Shown: positions 40,473-50,993, counted from the stretch's first letter. The stretch: 64,000 nucleotides of DNA from an uncultured bacterium (GCA_963708045.1 OY970181.1:887566-951565), one strand, 5' to 3'. The notes: generated from the sequence alone by a model not told the origin. Made by a program: numbers and translations.

Positions 40473-40865
40473 TTAAATTTTATTTTGAACCAGAATATTT
40501 TTTAAATTATTTATGTTTGTTTTTATTGAACCATCATAACGCGTATCTTCTACCTCCAAAACCATTCCGCCAATAATACTTTCATCAATTTTCTCTTCAA
40601 AAACCACGTTGGAAAATTTTTCGGAGATTTTTTTTCGCGTTGCCGGATTTAATTCTTTAGCCGAAGTAATCTGTCCAGCGCGACGTCCTTCCACCGCAAG
40701 CGCAACGCGCGAAAATTCGGAAAAGATGCGATGTTTTAAATTGCTTTTTCTTTTTCTGGCAAGATCGGACAAAAAAGCGCGAATAACCGACGGCCGCATC
40801 TCGCGCCCAGTACTCATAAGCACGGCGTGCAGTTCCTTGGCATAAGTGGCGGGCGTCTTGCGCAT
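40473..40865 (-). CDS. atpH: ATP synthase delta (OSCP) subunit, short form
   Basis: 130 aa matching the C-terminal part of OSCP (…[17 protein letters not shown]…[16 protein letters not shown]). Sits between atpF and atpA. Confidence 0.55.
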   Translation of the reverse strand: MRKTPATYAKELHAVLMSTGREMRPSVIRAFLSDLARKRKSNLKHRIFSEFSRVALAVEGRRAGQITSAKELNPATRKKISEKFSNVVFEEKIDESIIGGMVLEVEDTRYDGSIKTNINNLKNILVQNKI

Positions 40866-40867
40866 AG

Positions 40868-41395
40868 CTATGCTTCTTTAACAATCTTTTCAATTAGGTG
40901 TTTATCTTTGGCGTCGGTCATTTTTTCGCCGATCAATTTTTCCGTGGCACTAGAAATAAGTTCGGCGGCGGCGGCGCGGACTTCGCTAATCATTAGGTCG
41001 CGTTCGGCGGCAAGCTGGCTTTTTCCACCGGCGATGATTGCTGCAACTTCGGCTCTTGCCTTGTCGGTCGCGCTTCCGCGCACCGATTCAGCGGCATCTT
41101 TGGCCGCGGCAACGACTTTTCCAGCTTCGGCACGCGCTTCGGTCAAAATGGCGAGCGATTTAGTTTCGGCCAAGCGCAATTCTTCGCCAATTCGTTCGGC
41201 GTCCTTAAGCGAGTCAGTAATTTTCTTTTGGCGCTTTTCCAAAACACCGATCAGCGGCTTGTAAAGCAAAAATGAGAGCGCCAAAAATAAAATGACGAAG
41301 TTAACGAGTTGGGCGACAAGCAGGCGCCAATCAATTCCTAGTTTTTCGAATAATTCCATAGATTTTTTATGCGAAGGACAAATTTCAGGATTCAA
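40868..41395 (-). CDS. atpF: ATP synthase F0 b subunit
   Basis: Single N-terminal TM then long charged helix (ERQKKITDSLKDAERI...). Confidence 0.7.
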   Translation of the reverse strand: MNPEICPSHKKSMELFEKLGIDWRLLVAQLVNFVILFLALSFLLYKPLIGVLEKRQKKITDSLKDAERIGEELRLAETKSLAILTEARAEAGKVVAAAKDAAESVRGSATDKARAEVAAIIAGGKSQLAAERDLMISEVRAAAAELISSATEKLIGEKMTDAKDKHLIEKIVKEA

Positions 41396-41424
41396 AAAAT
41401 TGAACCCTGTTTTTATCTTCCGTT

Positions 41425-41652
41425 CTAAACAAACTTAATGATGAGCGCCATAACAAAGGCGTAAATCGCGATCGCTTCGGCAAAGGCGATGGCCAAAATC
41501 ATGGCCGTCTGAACTTTGGACGCGGCCTCGGGATTACGACCGACCGCTTCAAGACCCTTTCCGGCGAGAAGGCCGATCGCTAAGGCCGGACCGAATCCGC
41601 CAACAGCGATCGCAAGCGCGGCGGCGATGGATTTGACTGCTTCTATTTCCAT
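41425..41652 (-). CDS. atpE: ATP synthase F0 c subunit
   Basis: 75 aa, two TM helices, GLEAVGRNPEAASK loop, conserved carboxylate helix. Confidence 0.8.
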   Translation of the reverse strand: MEIEAVKSIAAALAIAVGGFGPALAIGLLAGKGLEAVGRNPEAASKVQTAMILAIAFAEAIAIYAFVMALIIKFV

Positions 41653-41730
41653 ATTATTTTAAGATAAGAATTAAGATCTATGAATTAAAAAGTTTGTACA
41701 AGCTTCTTCATTCTAAGATCAAATCTCCTA

Positions 41731-42534
41731 TCACGAGTGGGCGGGGGCGTGTTCGTGCCCTTCGTGCGCTGTGGTCGCACCGGTAAGAAAGACAAGGGTA
41801 AGCATTGAAAAGACCAGCGCTTGGACAAAGCCGACGAAAATTTCCAAAAGCAGGAACGGCAGAGGAACAATATACGGCACGAGCGTACCAATAACAAGCA
41901 GTAAGATTTCACCGGCAAAAATATTTCCAAACAATCGGAAGGTAAACGATACGACCTTGGAAAACTCAGAAATAAATTCTAGAAGACCGACAAAGGTACC
42001 GATGAAGTATGGTTTTTTCCAAGGGGCGACAAAAAACTTTCCGCCATAACGCCAAATGCCAAGTGAGGCAACGCCAAAAATTTGCGTCGCAAAAAACGCG
42101 ACAATCGCAATCGCGGCCGTAAAATTTAAGTCTGCCGACGATGAACGAATAAATGGAATTAGCACCAACTTACCTTCAACGTGTTCCCAAATGCCAATTG
42201 AACCCAAACCCGGAACCAACTCAACCCAGTTAGACGCAATCACCGCGATAAAAATAGTCGCGACAATCGGAAAAAATTTTTTCGTTTTTTCGCGGTCGTT
42301 GGTCACCGAATCAACCATTCCCATTAACAACTCTATAATTTGCTCAACAGCATTTTGCAAACGTCCAGGAATCGCTTTTATTTTAAAACGAAAGACCGCG
42401 GCAAAAATAACTAACGCCAAAGTAATCACCCAACCGACCATAAGTGTGTTGGTAACTGGGAAATTTCCGATATGAAATATTGGTTCAGCGGCCAAAGAAA
42501 TATTCATAAGAAAGGACAATAGTTTATCATCCAC
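41731..42534 (-). CDS. atpB: ATP synthase F0 a subunit
   Basis: Polytopic. Conserved ...FRLFGNIFAGEILL... Arg-containing helix. Confidence 0.8.
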   Translation of the reverse strand: MDDKLLSFLMNISLAAEPIFHIGNFPVTNTLMVGWVITLALVIFAAVFRFKIKAIPGRLQNAVEQIIELLMGMVDSVTNDREKTKKFFPIVATIFIAVIASNWVELVPGLGSIGIWEHVEGKLVLIPFIRSSSADLNFTAAIAIVAFFATQIFGVASLGIWRYGGKFFVAPWKKPYFIGTFVGLLEFISEFSKVVSFTFRLFGNIFAGEILLLVIGTLVPYIVPLPFLLLEIFVGFVQALVFSMLTLVFLTGATTAHEGHEHAPAHS

Positions 42535-42600
42535 CTTTGACTATGACAAGGGATTGTTTTTAAAAAACGTGAGAAACTAGCCGTTCTCGGGTCACCACTC

Positions 42601-42629
42601 TTGACAAATTGGCTTTTTCTTGCTAAAAA
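42601..42629 (+). promoter_or_regulatory. putative sigma70-type promoter TTGACA-N17-TAAAAA for the plus-strand orphan gene
   Basis: TTGACAaattggctttttcttgcTAAAAAg about 85 nt upstream of ATG 42716. GGAGG RBS at 42703-42707. Confidence 0.3.
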
Positions 42630-42715
42630 GATTGGCTGCTTAAACTTTGTTTAACCCAAAAGTTGGCAGAGAATTTTCTAGGACGTAAGGAAAATTGAGA
42701 GGGAGGACTTTGAAA

Positions 42716-43621
42716 ATGACGAACGCAAGCACAGATAAACGACCGACTATTGTCAGTATTCACTCAACGCCTGGAATGCAGTATGACGTAGCAAGCGGAG
42801 GAATCGGTTTTTGCGTACCTTATGAAGTCAGCAATCAAAAACCGGTGAATCTGAAATTTTTTGCATTGGCCGCGGGTGGTTGTCCAATAGCTAGCACGCC
42901 TTGTGCAATTAGAATCTACGCCAAAAGCGACCTCAATAACGCAGTGGAGACTTTGGAGATAGCAAGCAAAGAAAAATCCGCCCAGTTTACTCTCCCTGAC
43001 AAATACAGAGATGACTTGTGCGATTACGTGCTAGTCGTCACCATGTGGAATCCAGAAGACACCAATGAGAACGTGTCGATTGAGATTCAATTCGTTCCAT
43101 TCGGATTGGAGGAACTTGCCGCCGAAGAAGATGAGGACACCGGAGTAAACCCTGGCGGAAAACTGGCCGACACTGTCGCCAGTCTGGCTATCCAAATTCC
43201 AGAGCTTGCTACCCAGTTCGGGGAAATCAAACGTCTCTGTGACGGTATGGATACTGAGCTTCAACAAGTCTCAGGAAAGACGGCCGATCTTCCCAAGACA
43301 CTTCATTCAATCGGGTTGCAACTTGAGCTCGTGACAAATGAAGCACGGAGACTGAATCAACTCCCCAACGACATCGCGTCACGAATAGCCCAGGTCGTTG
43401 CGGATGCAATCAATCCGCTCAAAAACGAAATGTCCGCGATGCGAACTACGCTTGAGGCGCTCGCAAAAATGCCACGAGCAACTTCGGCCGGTGTAAAGCC
43501 ACCGGCGAAGACCGATGACAAAACGGAGAAAGTGAAAATCTCAGGCAAGCGGTTGGTGTGGCGAATCGCAGTAGTCCTCGCCGTTGGGGCTGGACTGATC
43601 ACACTCATTCTGCGATTCTGA
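42716..43621 (+). CDS. hypothetical tail-anchored protein (beta-rich N-domain, coiled coil, C-terminal TM); GC-rich orphan
   Basis: Start MTNASTDK after GAGGGAGG RBS. C-terminal WRIAVVLAVGAGLITLILRF TM. Markedly higher GC than flanking atp genes. Opposite strand. Confidence 0.35.
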   Translation: MTNASTDKRPTIVSIHSTPGMQYDVASGGIGFCVPYEVSNQKPVNLKFFALAAGGCPIASTPCAIRIYAKSDLNNAVETLEIASKEKSAQFTLPDKYRDDLCDYVLVVTMWNPEDTNENVSIEIQFVPFGLEELAAEEDEDTGVNPGGKLADTVASLAIQIPELATQFGEIKRLCDGMDTELQQVSGKTADLPKTLHSIGLQLELVTNEARRLNQLPNDIASRIAQVVADAINPLKNEMSAMRTTLEALAKMPRATSAGVKPPAKTDDKTEKVKISGKRLVWRIAVVLAVGAGLITLILRF

Positions 43622-43639
43622 CATCGGTCAGAACACAGA

Positions 43640-43675
43640 AAAAGCCAGGGGAGGAAACTCCTTCCCTGGCTTTTA
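43640..43675. terminator. bidirectional intrinsic terminator between convergent genes
   Basis: AAAA-GCCAGGGGAGG-aaact-CCTTCCCTGGC-TTTT. 11-bp stem with one G-T wobble. Confidence 0.65.
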
Positions 43676-43686
43676 TAATATTTAAA

Positions 43687-44130
43687 TTAAATTTCCGCCG
43701 CCGCTTCGTTAAAGGCCACAAGCGGCACGTGTGAACTTTTCTTTTCCGCCGCCGCCGCAAGTTTGGCATCTTCACCGGCTTCTTCTTTTTTAAACTTGAC
43801 GCTAAAAATTGGCGACCAGCGATTGTTGTGCTCGTCCATAAATTCCACGCTTTCCCGAGCCGCGTATTTATTAATCGCCACGTCCGAAAGCGTTTCCGTA
43901 TAGGCCTTAATTTCCAGTTTTAGAAGATCAATTTTTCCAAGCGCTTCCGTGTTCCGGCCTTGAATGTCGTTTTCTATTGATTTCTTTTTGTCGCGAATTG
44001 CTTTGGCTTCTTCTACTTTGTCGCAGTATTCCTTACTCGCCGCAAGTTCGTCGCGCATCATTTTATTGAGTTCGCGCAATTCTTTGCGTTTTCCTTCAAG
44101 TTGTTCGTGGATTTCTTTAATGTCTTGCAT
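43687..44130 (-). CDS. hypothetical coiled-coil protein
   Basis: 147 aa, charged helical N-half. Own extended -10 promoter. Confidence 0.3.
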   Translation of the reverse strand: MQDIKEIHEQLEGKRKELRELNKMMRDELAASKEYCDKVEEAKAIRDKKKSIENDIQGRNTEALGKIDLLKLEIKAYTETLSDVAINKYAARESVEFMDEHNNRWSPIFSVKFKKEEAGEDAKLAAAAEKKSSHVPLVAFNEAAAEI

Positions 44131-44154
44131 AACGTAAAATTATTTTAAGTCATC

Positions 44155-44165
44155 ATTATAGCACA
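44155..44165 (-). promoter_or_regulatory. extended -10 box TGTGCTATAAT
   Basis: Minus-strand TTTGTGCTATAATG about 25 nt upstream of ATG at 44130. Confidence 0.4.
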
Positions 44166-44187
44166 AACCTATCCCCTGCGTTTAAGA

Positions 44188-44808
44188 TTATTCTAAATTA
44201 AATTTTCGGACTTCGGCAACCTGCAAGTGTTCAAGTTCACGGTGGATCGCTGGGCTGGCTTTTTTAAAACCGGTTTGCATTATTTGGAGCGTGTCGCCGT
44301 GTGAAACCAAAAGAATATTCTTTTCGGAATATTTATTTTCTATTTCTTTAACTAGTTCTACCGCGCGCTTTTGCACGTCCGCCGCGCTTTCAACATTCTT
44401 TTCCTTATGCTCGGGATTATGTTTATCAATGTCCCAAGTTTTTTGATAATTAGAATTGTGAGTTTTTTCCCAATCGCCAAACCAGCGCTCGCGAAGGCGG
44501 TCGTCAAAAATTATTCCATTTTTTACGCCCAAAACTTCTTGCGCTACCTCGGCCGTTCTTTTGCACCGCGAAAATGGTGAGCTATAAATAACTGTATTCT
44601 CATTAAGCACGCCATCAGCTTTAAATTTTGAAACCGACGTTCGCACCTGTTCTTCACCTTCTTTGGTAAGTGTGTATTCTTCCTTTTTCCCATCTTCCAG
44701 ACCACTTAAGATTATTCCCGCAACATTAGCCGTGCTTTGCCCGTGCCGCAAAACGAAATAATTATTTTTTAATTCTTTAAGATACAGCATGAATTTATAT
44801 TGATTCAA
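44188..44808 (-). CDS. histidine phosphatase superfamily (phosphoglycerate-mutase-like) protein
   Basis: YFVLRHGQSTANV RHG motif near N-terminus. Later LLVSHGDTL His motif. Confidence 0.6.
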   Translation of the reverse strand: MNQYKFMLYLKELKNNYFVLRHGQSTANVAGIILSGLEDGKKEEYTLTKEGEEQVRTSVSKFKADGVLNENTVIYSSPFSRCKRTAEVAQEVLGVKNGIIFDDRLRERWFGDWEKTHNSNYQKTWDIDKHNPEHKEKNVESAADVQKRAVELVKEIENKYSEKNILLVSHGDTLQIMQTGFKKASPAIHRELEHLQVAEVRKFNLE

Positions 44809-45277
44809 TGATTTTTAATTCTTGTTCCAAAATTGTATTCCCCTCTCCTTCGCCAAAAAGGAAACGACCAGTAAATTTTTTATCCGCTAAAAACAGTGGC
44901 ATCCAGTGAATGTCGTCGGGGAACATTTCGTTAAAAGGAATTTTATCAAGATCAAACCATTGCGGTTTCATTTCCTCGCTTTCCGCGGGCTCGCCAGAAA
45001 AATCAACGGATTTAAAAATATTAACTTGAAGTATGCCCGGCTTGTTCTTGAAATCAAAATTAATAACACCCATCTTTTCAAGACCATTAACTTCAATTCC
45101 AGCCTCTTCTTTTACCTCACGTCGCGCCGCGGCCTCTATTGTTTCGCTTGGTTCCACTTTTCCACCAAAACCATTCCATCGTCCCGCGCCAAAACCGCGT
45201 TTTTTCATTCCCAAAAGCACGCGATTATTCTTTTGGACGATGAGCAGAGTCATTTGTTTGATTGTTTGGCCGTCCAT
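44795..45277 (-). CDS. NUDIX hydrolase (MutT-like)
   Basis: Nudix box GGKVEPSETIEAAARREVKEEAGIEV. Confidence 0.7.
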   Translation of the reverse strand: MDGQTIKQMTLLIVQKNNRVLLGMKKRGFGAGRWNGFGGKVEPSETIEAAARREVKEEAGIEVNGLEKMGVINFDFKNKPGILQVNIFKSVDFSGEPAESEEMKPQWFDLDKIPFNEMFPDDIHWMPLFLADKKFTGRFLFGEGEGNTILEQELKIIESI

Positions 45278-45305
45278 ATTTTAAATTTGTTAAATATTAT
45301 TACGA

Positions 45306-45461
45306 TTAACCAAAAATCTTATTTCTTAACTCTTCAACTTCCGCGTCGTTTTCATAAAATTCGCCTTTGCCGAGTTTAAATAACAATGGAATAACGCCGC
45401 ATTTACCGCACTCGCCCCATTTGCACTTGCCGACGTTCTTTTTTGAAAGCGACTGGCACAT
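45306..45461 (-). CDS. candidate small Cys-containing protein (CX10CX4CX2C) in alternative frame to listed ORF 45326..45511
   Basis: My own translation gives MCQSLSKKNVGKCKWGECGKCGVIPLLFKLGKGEFYENDAEVEELRNKIFG. Its composition is more protein-like than the low-complexity listed frame. Could start earlier at CTG. Confidence 0.2.
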   Translation of the reverse strand: MCQSLSKKNVGKCKWGECGKCGVIPLLFKLGKGEFYENDAEVEELRNKIFG

Positions 45462-45527
45462 TGCAATTTCTTTATCAAATATTTTTTTCCATATTGCAAA
45501 TATTTTATCACGGGGCAGTAATTATTT

Positions 45528-45983
45528 TTATAACTTATTATTTAATCGCTTAAGCGCATCGGAAATAAGCCACGAACTGGATTGCACTTTGCCGCCAGCG
45601 CCGACGTTGTACTTCATTTCGCAGCCGATTTCGGCGCACACGTTAACTTCTGGAGTATTGTGCGTAAGCCTGTCGCCGCCGTTTGCAAAAATATCCGGTT
45701 TTAATTTCCTGAGCGCATTGCTGACGCTCATGTCGGTCGGATCAATTTCGTGGTCGGTAAAAACAACTTCGTCAACGCAAGAAAAAGATTCAATGATTTC
45801 CTTGCGTTCGTCTTGATTCATAAAGACGAAGCCTTTCTTTTTCGCAAGCCAGTTATCGTTATTGATTATTACAACTAACCGATCTCCCAGTTTTTTCGCC
45901 TCATTAAACATCCGGACGTGCCCAATATGCACCGGATCAAAACCACCACTTACAGCAACGACAATAATTTTTTTATTATCCAT
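45528..45983 (-). CDS. cytidylyltransferase-like nucleotidyltransferase (RfaE domain II / glycerol-3-P cytidylyltransferase-like)
   Basis: IIVVAVSGGFDPVHIGHVRMF HxGH motif. ~150 aa. Confidence 0.6.
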   Translation of the reverse strand: MDNKKIIVVAVSGGFDPVHIGHVRMFNEAKKLGDRLVVIINNDNWLAKKKGFVFMNQDERKEIIESFSCVDEVVFTDHEIDPTDMSVSNALRKLKPDIFANGGDRLTHNTPEVNVCAEIGCEMKYNVGAGGKVQSSSWLISDALKRLNNKL

Positions 45984-46015
45984 CGCAGATATAACAATAA
46001 CAAATTAAATAAATT

Positions 46016-46291
46016 CTACTTTTTTAATTCTTCTTTTGGAAGCGAATATTTATGTTCTTCCCATTTGGCGATGACGCCGTTTAAAAGGTTGGCAAGTTCT
46101 TTGGCAACAAAATGATTGAGAAAAACACGCGAAGCGAGGGCGGCGGTTACTTGACCGTTAACGTTTACGGTGGAAATAAAATCAATCACAATATCCCGTT
46201 CTTGCGCCGTAATCTGAACAACGTTGGCGTAATTGCCACGAATGTCTTCGGGTTTAGCAATCAATTGGTTTGGTTTATTTTCTTCTGGCAT
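46016..46291 (-). CDS. hypothetical protein
   Basis: 91-aa ORF. GGTTTAG-family repeat immediately upstream of its start. Confidence 0.3.
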   Translation of the reverse strand: MPEENKPNQLIAKPEDIRGNYANVVQITAQERDIVIDFISTVNVNGQVTAALASRVFLNHFVAKELANLLNGVIAKWEEHKYSLPKEELKK

Positions 46292-46332
46292 AGTGCTGGG
46301 GGTTAGCGTTAAGGGTTTAGAGGTTAGTAACC

Positions 46333-46656
46333 TTATCCGAGCTTAAATTTAATTATTTTGACAATTGTATTTGCATTAACCTTATCACCATAATATGTTT
46401 TAAAAGTTTCAATCATTTCTTCGTTGCTCGCGTATTTTTCGTGACCATCATAATCGCTTGCTTCAACAGCGCCCAGTTTTTTCTCGTACACGTTGATTAT
46501 TTTTGCGTTGGCGAACTTTTCTTTGGTATCAGAATTTACCAACTTCAATTCATCACCAATTTGCAAATCTTTATCATCAAACAACCGCCAAGTGACGATC
46601 TTCTCGCCCTTGAGTATCAAGTCGGCTAGATGCGATTTAAATCTAAGTGTTTTCAC
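46333..46656 (-). CDS. ASCH-domain (PUA-like) protein
   Basis: 107 aa. ...LILKGEKIVTWRL... beta-barrel pattern typical of ASCH. Confidence 0.45.
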   Translation of the reverse strand: MKTLRFKSHLADLILKGEKIVTWRLFDDKDLQIGDELKLVNSDTKEKFANAKIINVYEKKLGAVEASDYDGHEKYASNEEMIETFKTYYGDKVNANTIVKIIKFKLG

Positions 46657-46662
46657 AATAAA

Positions 46663-49379
46663 CTACTTTCCGTGACATTTCTTATATTTTTTCCCTGATC
46701 CGCAAGGACACAAGTCGTTGCGGCCGATTTTTTCTTCGTTTTCAATTGAAGTCGCCGCTTCTTTAGCCACGCCACCCTCATTTGTTATTTGGTCAGAAGT
46801 TTTGGCCGGAGCGGTGACGGTGATTCCGCGCCGGTCAAAAAGCGATTGCTGGTTTTGCGAAGCGGCAAAGCCAACTTTAAAAACCGTACCGGCAACCTGT
46901 TTGTCTATCGCAAGCAAAAGTTCGCCAAACATTCTAAATGCTTCGCGCTTATATTCAACAAGCGGATCGCGCTGGCCATAACCACGCAGGCCAATTCCGG
47001 CGCGCAGGTGGTCAATGTTGTCCAAGTGCTCAATCCACATCTGGTCAATTGAGCGAAGCATTACCGCTTGTTCAACCTTGGCAAGCATTTCCTTGTCGGT
47101 AAATTGTTTTTTAAGCGTTTCACGAACCGCCGTGGCGATTTCAATTAAATATTTAATCATCGCGTCGCGCGCTTCAACGTCACCAAGTTTTCCGCCCGAA
47201 CCGGCGGCATCGGCAAATTCTTTAAGCTTAGCTTCGGCGTCCGATGGCAACGGAAAAATCGTGCGAATATCTTTGTCAATTTCGGTAAAATTCCACGCTT
47301 TACGGTCATCACCGGCAGTGTGAAATTGAATGATGCGTTTTATTTCCCGTTCTGCCGAAGCCATTACAAGCTCAGCCGTATCGCTCGCGTGCAAGATTTC
47401 CGCACGGCGGCGATAAACTGTTTCGCGGTGCTTGTTTAAAACATCATCGTAATCCAGTAAGTGTTTACGAATATCAAAGTTGTGTCCTTCAACTTTTCCT
47501 TGCGCGCTTTCAATCGCTTTTGACACCATTCCGTGCTCTATTGGCATATCGTCGGGAAGTCCCAAACGATTAAGCATTGCTTTCATTCTATCAGTCGCAA
47601 AAATACGCATTAGGTCGTCGTCAAGCGACACAAAAAATTGCGTGGATCCTGGATCGCCTTGACGACCGGCGCGACCGCGCAACTGATTGTCTATGCGCCG
47701 CGATTCATGGCGCTCGGTGCCGATGACATGAAGTCCGCCCGCCGCGCGAACTTTTTCCGCTTCTTCGGGCTTGGCGGATTACCACCAAGAATAATGTCCA
47801 CACCGCGGCCAGCCATATTGGTCGCGAGTGTTACCGCGCCGGCGCGACCAGCTTGGGCAACAAATTCTGCTTCGCGTTCGTGGTTTTTGGCGTTCAAAAT
47901 ATTGTGTTTAATTCCTTCGCGTTCAAGCAAGGCCGAAAGGGCTTCGTTTTTTTCAATGGAAATCGTACCCAAAAGAACCGGTTGGCCTTTGGCCACGCGT
48001 TCTTTTATGTCCGCGACCACGGCGTTAAATTTTGCCGCTTCATTTTTGTAGATCCGATCCTGAAGATCTTTTCTTACGATCGGCTTATTGGTCGGCACGG
48101 TGACGACTTCTAATTTATAAATTTTAAAGAATTCCTCAGCTTCGGTTGCCGCCGTTCCGGTCATTCCGGCGAGCTTAGGATACATTCGGAAAAGATTTTG
48201 AAAAGTAATCGTCGCAAGCGTTTGCGATTCGCGTTGAATTTTTACATTTTCTTTTGCTTCAATCGCTTGGTGCAAACCTTCAGAATAGCGGCGTCCGTGC
48301 ATCAGCCGGCCGGTAAATTCGTCAACGATAATTACTTCACCGTTCGTGACAACGTAATTCTTGTCCAACTTATAAAGCGTGTGCGCTTTAAGCGCGGAGT
48401 CCAAGTGAAAAATCGTTTTAGAATCGTTTTCCTTCCACGGATCGCGATTAAGTTCGGCGGCAAGGTGAACCGCGCCTTCGTCAGTAAAAGTTGCCGAATG
48501 CATTTTTTCGTCAACGACGTAATCTTTTTCCGGAATCAAACGGCGGATGGTTTTCGCGTATTCGTAATACATCTGCGTCGCCTCTTCGGCCGGCGCGGAA
48601 ATAATCAGCGGCGTGCGCGCTTCGTCAATCAAAATTGAGTCAACTTCGTCAATGACCGCAAAATTTGGCGGACGTTGAACCATTCGTTCCAGATCGGGCA
48701 CCATATTGTCGCGCAAATAATCAAAACCAAATTCATTATTCGTGCCATACGTTATGTCCGCGGCATACGCTTCGCGTCTGGAGCACGGTCGCAAAAAAGA
48801 ATATTCAATACGGAACGAACCAGTGAGGTCGCGCTTTGCATCTTCTTCGCCGCCTTCGGTATTCTTTTCGCTTGCCTTAAAATCAGGATCGTAAAGATAC
48901 GACGTTTCGTGGTTAACGATACCAACAGAAAGTCCAAGCGCGCGATATATTTGTCCCATCCACGTCGCATCGCGGCGCGCGAGATAATCATTGACCGTCA
49001 CCAAATGAACGCCTTTTCCCGAAAGTGCGTTTAGGTAAATCGGTGCCGTCGCGACCAAAGTTTTTCCTTCACCAGTTCGCATTTCCGCAACCGCGCCAGA
49101 GTGCAAAATCATTCCACCAATAAGCTGAACGTCATAGTGGCGCTGATGAAGCGTCCGCTTGCCAGCTTCGCGAACGCAAGCAAACGCTTCCGGCAATAAT
49201 ATATCAAGTGTTTCGCCGTTCTTAAGGCGTTCACGAAATTCAACGGTTTTTCCACTAAGTTCCTCGTCGGACAAAGCGCTAATTTTTTCTTCAAGCGCAT
49301 TAATCTTAACAATCTCAGGCTGGAATTTTTTTACCGCCCGCGCGTTAGTGTCGCCAAAAATTTTTGTAATTATGGACAT
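46663..49379 (-). CDS. secA: preprotein translocase SecA, interrupted by an apparent 1-nt frameshift (~47766)
   Basis: N-part 47691..49379 ends ...[13 protein letters not shown] then out-of-frame junk. C-part frame reads ...[43 protein letters not shown]... to C-terminal [15 protein letters not shown] zinc finger. Restoring one G in the GG run at 47766-47767 fuses them. Confidence 0.8.
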
Positions 49380-49576
49380 AATTTTAAGAAAAACGGGCGG
49401 TTAAAAATTAGAAACCCATTTTAAGACTTTATATGAAAAACCAATTTTTATCAAGATTAAACAAGTTCGGGTTCGCGAATCTCAACATCTCAAACAGGCT
49501 CCGAGATTTCTCACCCTGGACAAAACAACCAGACGGGCTCGGAATGACGCCGTGAGAATTAATTTTATAAATTAAG

Positions 49577-49605
49577 ATCGGGTCAGCCGTGTGGCCGACC
49601 CGATA
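49577..49605 (-). terminator. hairpin immediately after RT stop codon (possible terminator)
   Basis: Minus-sense ATCGGGTCGGCC-acac-GGCTGACCCGAT (12-bp stem incl. one G-U) followed by CTTAATTTATAAAATT. Confidence 0.35.
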
Positions 49606-49606
49606 A

Positions 49607-50410
49607 TTAAGAACTCTTCTGCGGAACTCGTCCCTCGGCAACAGCAAGCCGATACAAACGATAAGGTTCTACAAGCGACGGCGGTAGTCCCCCACGGTAC
49701 ACATTGCGCACCCATCCCAAATTTCCCTCCACTTCCGACTGGCTACGCTCCCCCTGACAAGCGCGGTTAAGCATAGCTCGATAACGACGAATCTTTTTCC
49801 GCGACAAGCGAACCCCATCGGTGCGATAGGCGCGACCTTTTCGTAAAGCAAAAAGGGGCGAACCAATAGAAAGACCAGTGACTTCAACCGAACCATTGTC
49901 AATTGATCGACGCTTGCATTTGTCCCAAGCAAGACGAAAACCGCATTCCTGGATAATCGTCCTGATTTTGGCGATTGACTCACCAATCTCGGAACTATCA
50001 TCTCCAGAAAAACAAAGATCATCTACGTAACGAGTAAACCTGATTCCAGAAGAAAGCTCGCGCTTTAGCCGCACATCCATTTCCCGACAAGCAAGATTAA
50101 AAAGAACCGGTGAAGTCAGCGCACCCTGCGGTATTGCCCCGCGATAACTAACGAGCTTCACCAGAATCTTAATCACCGACGGCGCAAAATTCATTTCGGA
50201 AAAAATTTTACGAAGCCGCCTTTCGGTCACTTGCCCAAACGCGTCGCGCAAGTCGCAAAAGTAAAAGTATCTTCCATTGCGATGCTTAAGCGCGTTTGAG
50301 AACGGCGAATGTCCGCGAACACAACCATGAACTATCCGAAGCAGACGATCGCGACCGCGCAAGTATCTGTAATGTTGATCAAGAAGGACGCGCAAACGAT
50401 TTTGAACCAA
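49607..50410 (-). CDS. reverse transcriptase, retron-type (NAxxH and VTG motifs); N-terminus interrupted by in-frame TAA
   Basis: HGCVRGHSPFSNALKH (motif 2 with NAxxH), YFYFCDLRDAFGQV (motif A), IPQGALTSPVLFNL (motif B), RYVDDLCFSG (YxDD), SVEVTGLSIG (VTG). In-frame upstream ...GRTPKKNGGYRKHFSPPPEIRLVQNRL is RT motif 1, but a TAA (50488-50490) separates it from a GGAGG-preceded ATG (50554-50556, MENGISLGVLCSVLGLSLEVIQ*). GC-rich. Confidence 0.7.
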   Translation of the reverse strand: MVQNRLRVLLDQHYRYLRGRDRLLRIVHGCVRGHSPFSNALKHRNGRYFYFCDLRDAFGQVTERRLRKIFSEMNFAPSVIKILVKLVSYRGAIPQGALTSPVLFNLACREMDVRLKRELSSGIRFTRYVDDLCFSGDDSSEIGESIAKIRTIIQECGFRLAWDKCKRRSIDNGSVEVTGLSIGSPLFALRKGRAYRTDGVRLSRKKIRRYRAMLNRACQGERSQSEVEGNLGWVRNVYRGGLPPSLVEPYRLYRLAVAEGRVPQKSS

Positions 50411-50993
50411 GCGAATTTCCGGCGGCGGCGAAAAGTGCTTTCTATACCCGCCGTTCTTTTTCGGCGTCCGACCAAGACGATATTTTTCGCTAACCGCAAG
50501 TGCTTACTGAATTACCTCCAATGAAAGCCCCAAAACGGAGCAGAGAACACCAAGGCTTATTCCGTTTTCCATTGCCCCTCCCGTGTACAATTGTAAAGAG
50601 CGTTGAAAAGAAACGAGGGAACGAACCCGACGGCTCGCTCCCCCTCATAACAGCGCGACATTGAAGCACGCGGCCTTAACTCGTGCCCAAGCAAAACCCC
50701 AAAGCGACACTATTGCCGTAAGCAGCTTGAAGGCTGCATACCAGTGGCCGCGGGGCGCGTGGCACACGCGACAAGGCTACCCGCCAGAATTGCAGCAAGA
50801 GCAAGAGTTTGTGTTCAGTTGAACGTCTCCGCCTTGATGCGTTTTGAGCACGGCGCAACACCGCACCCTTGGCTAATTCGCTTGGCGCCGCCAGGTGCGA
50901 ACAAAGCCAATCCGATTACCGGCCTTTTGCCGATTGACGGAATTTACCGCTGTATGATAGTCCCTGGTAACTAAACCAACGGGGCATACCAAA

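Noticed and set aside
39590-40505. Long antisense or alternative-frame ORFs inside the ATP synthase genes (e.g. 39590..40282, 40023..40505, 21525..22061, 37007..37387)
   Set aside because: They fully overlap highly conserved genes on the opposite strand or another frame and have low-complexity, Arg/Ser-rich translations. Judged spurious.
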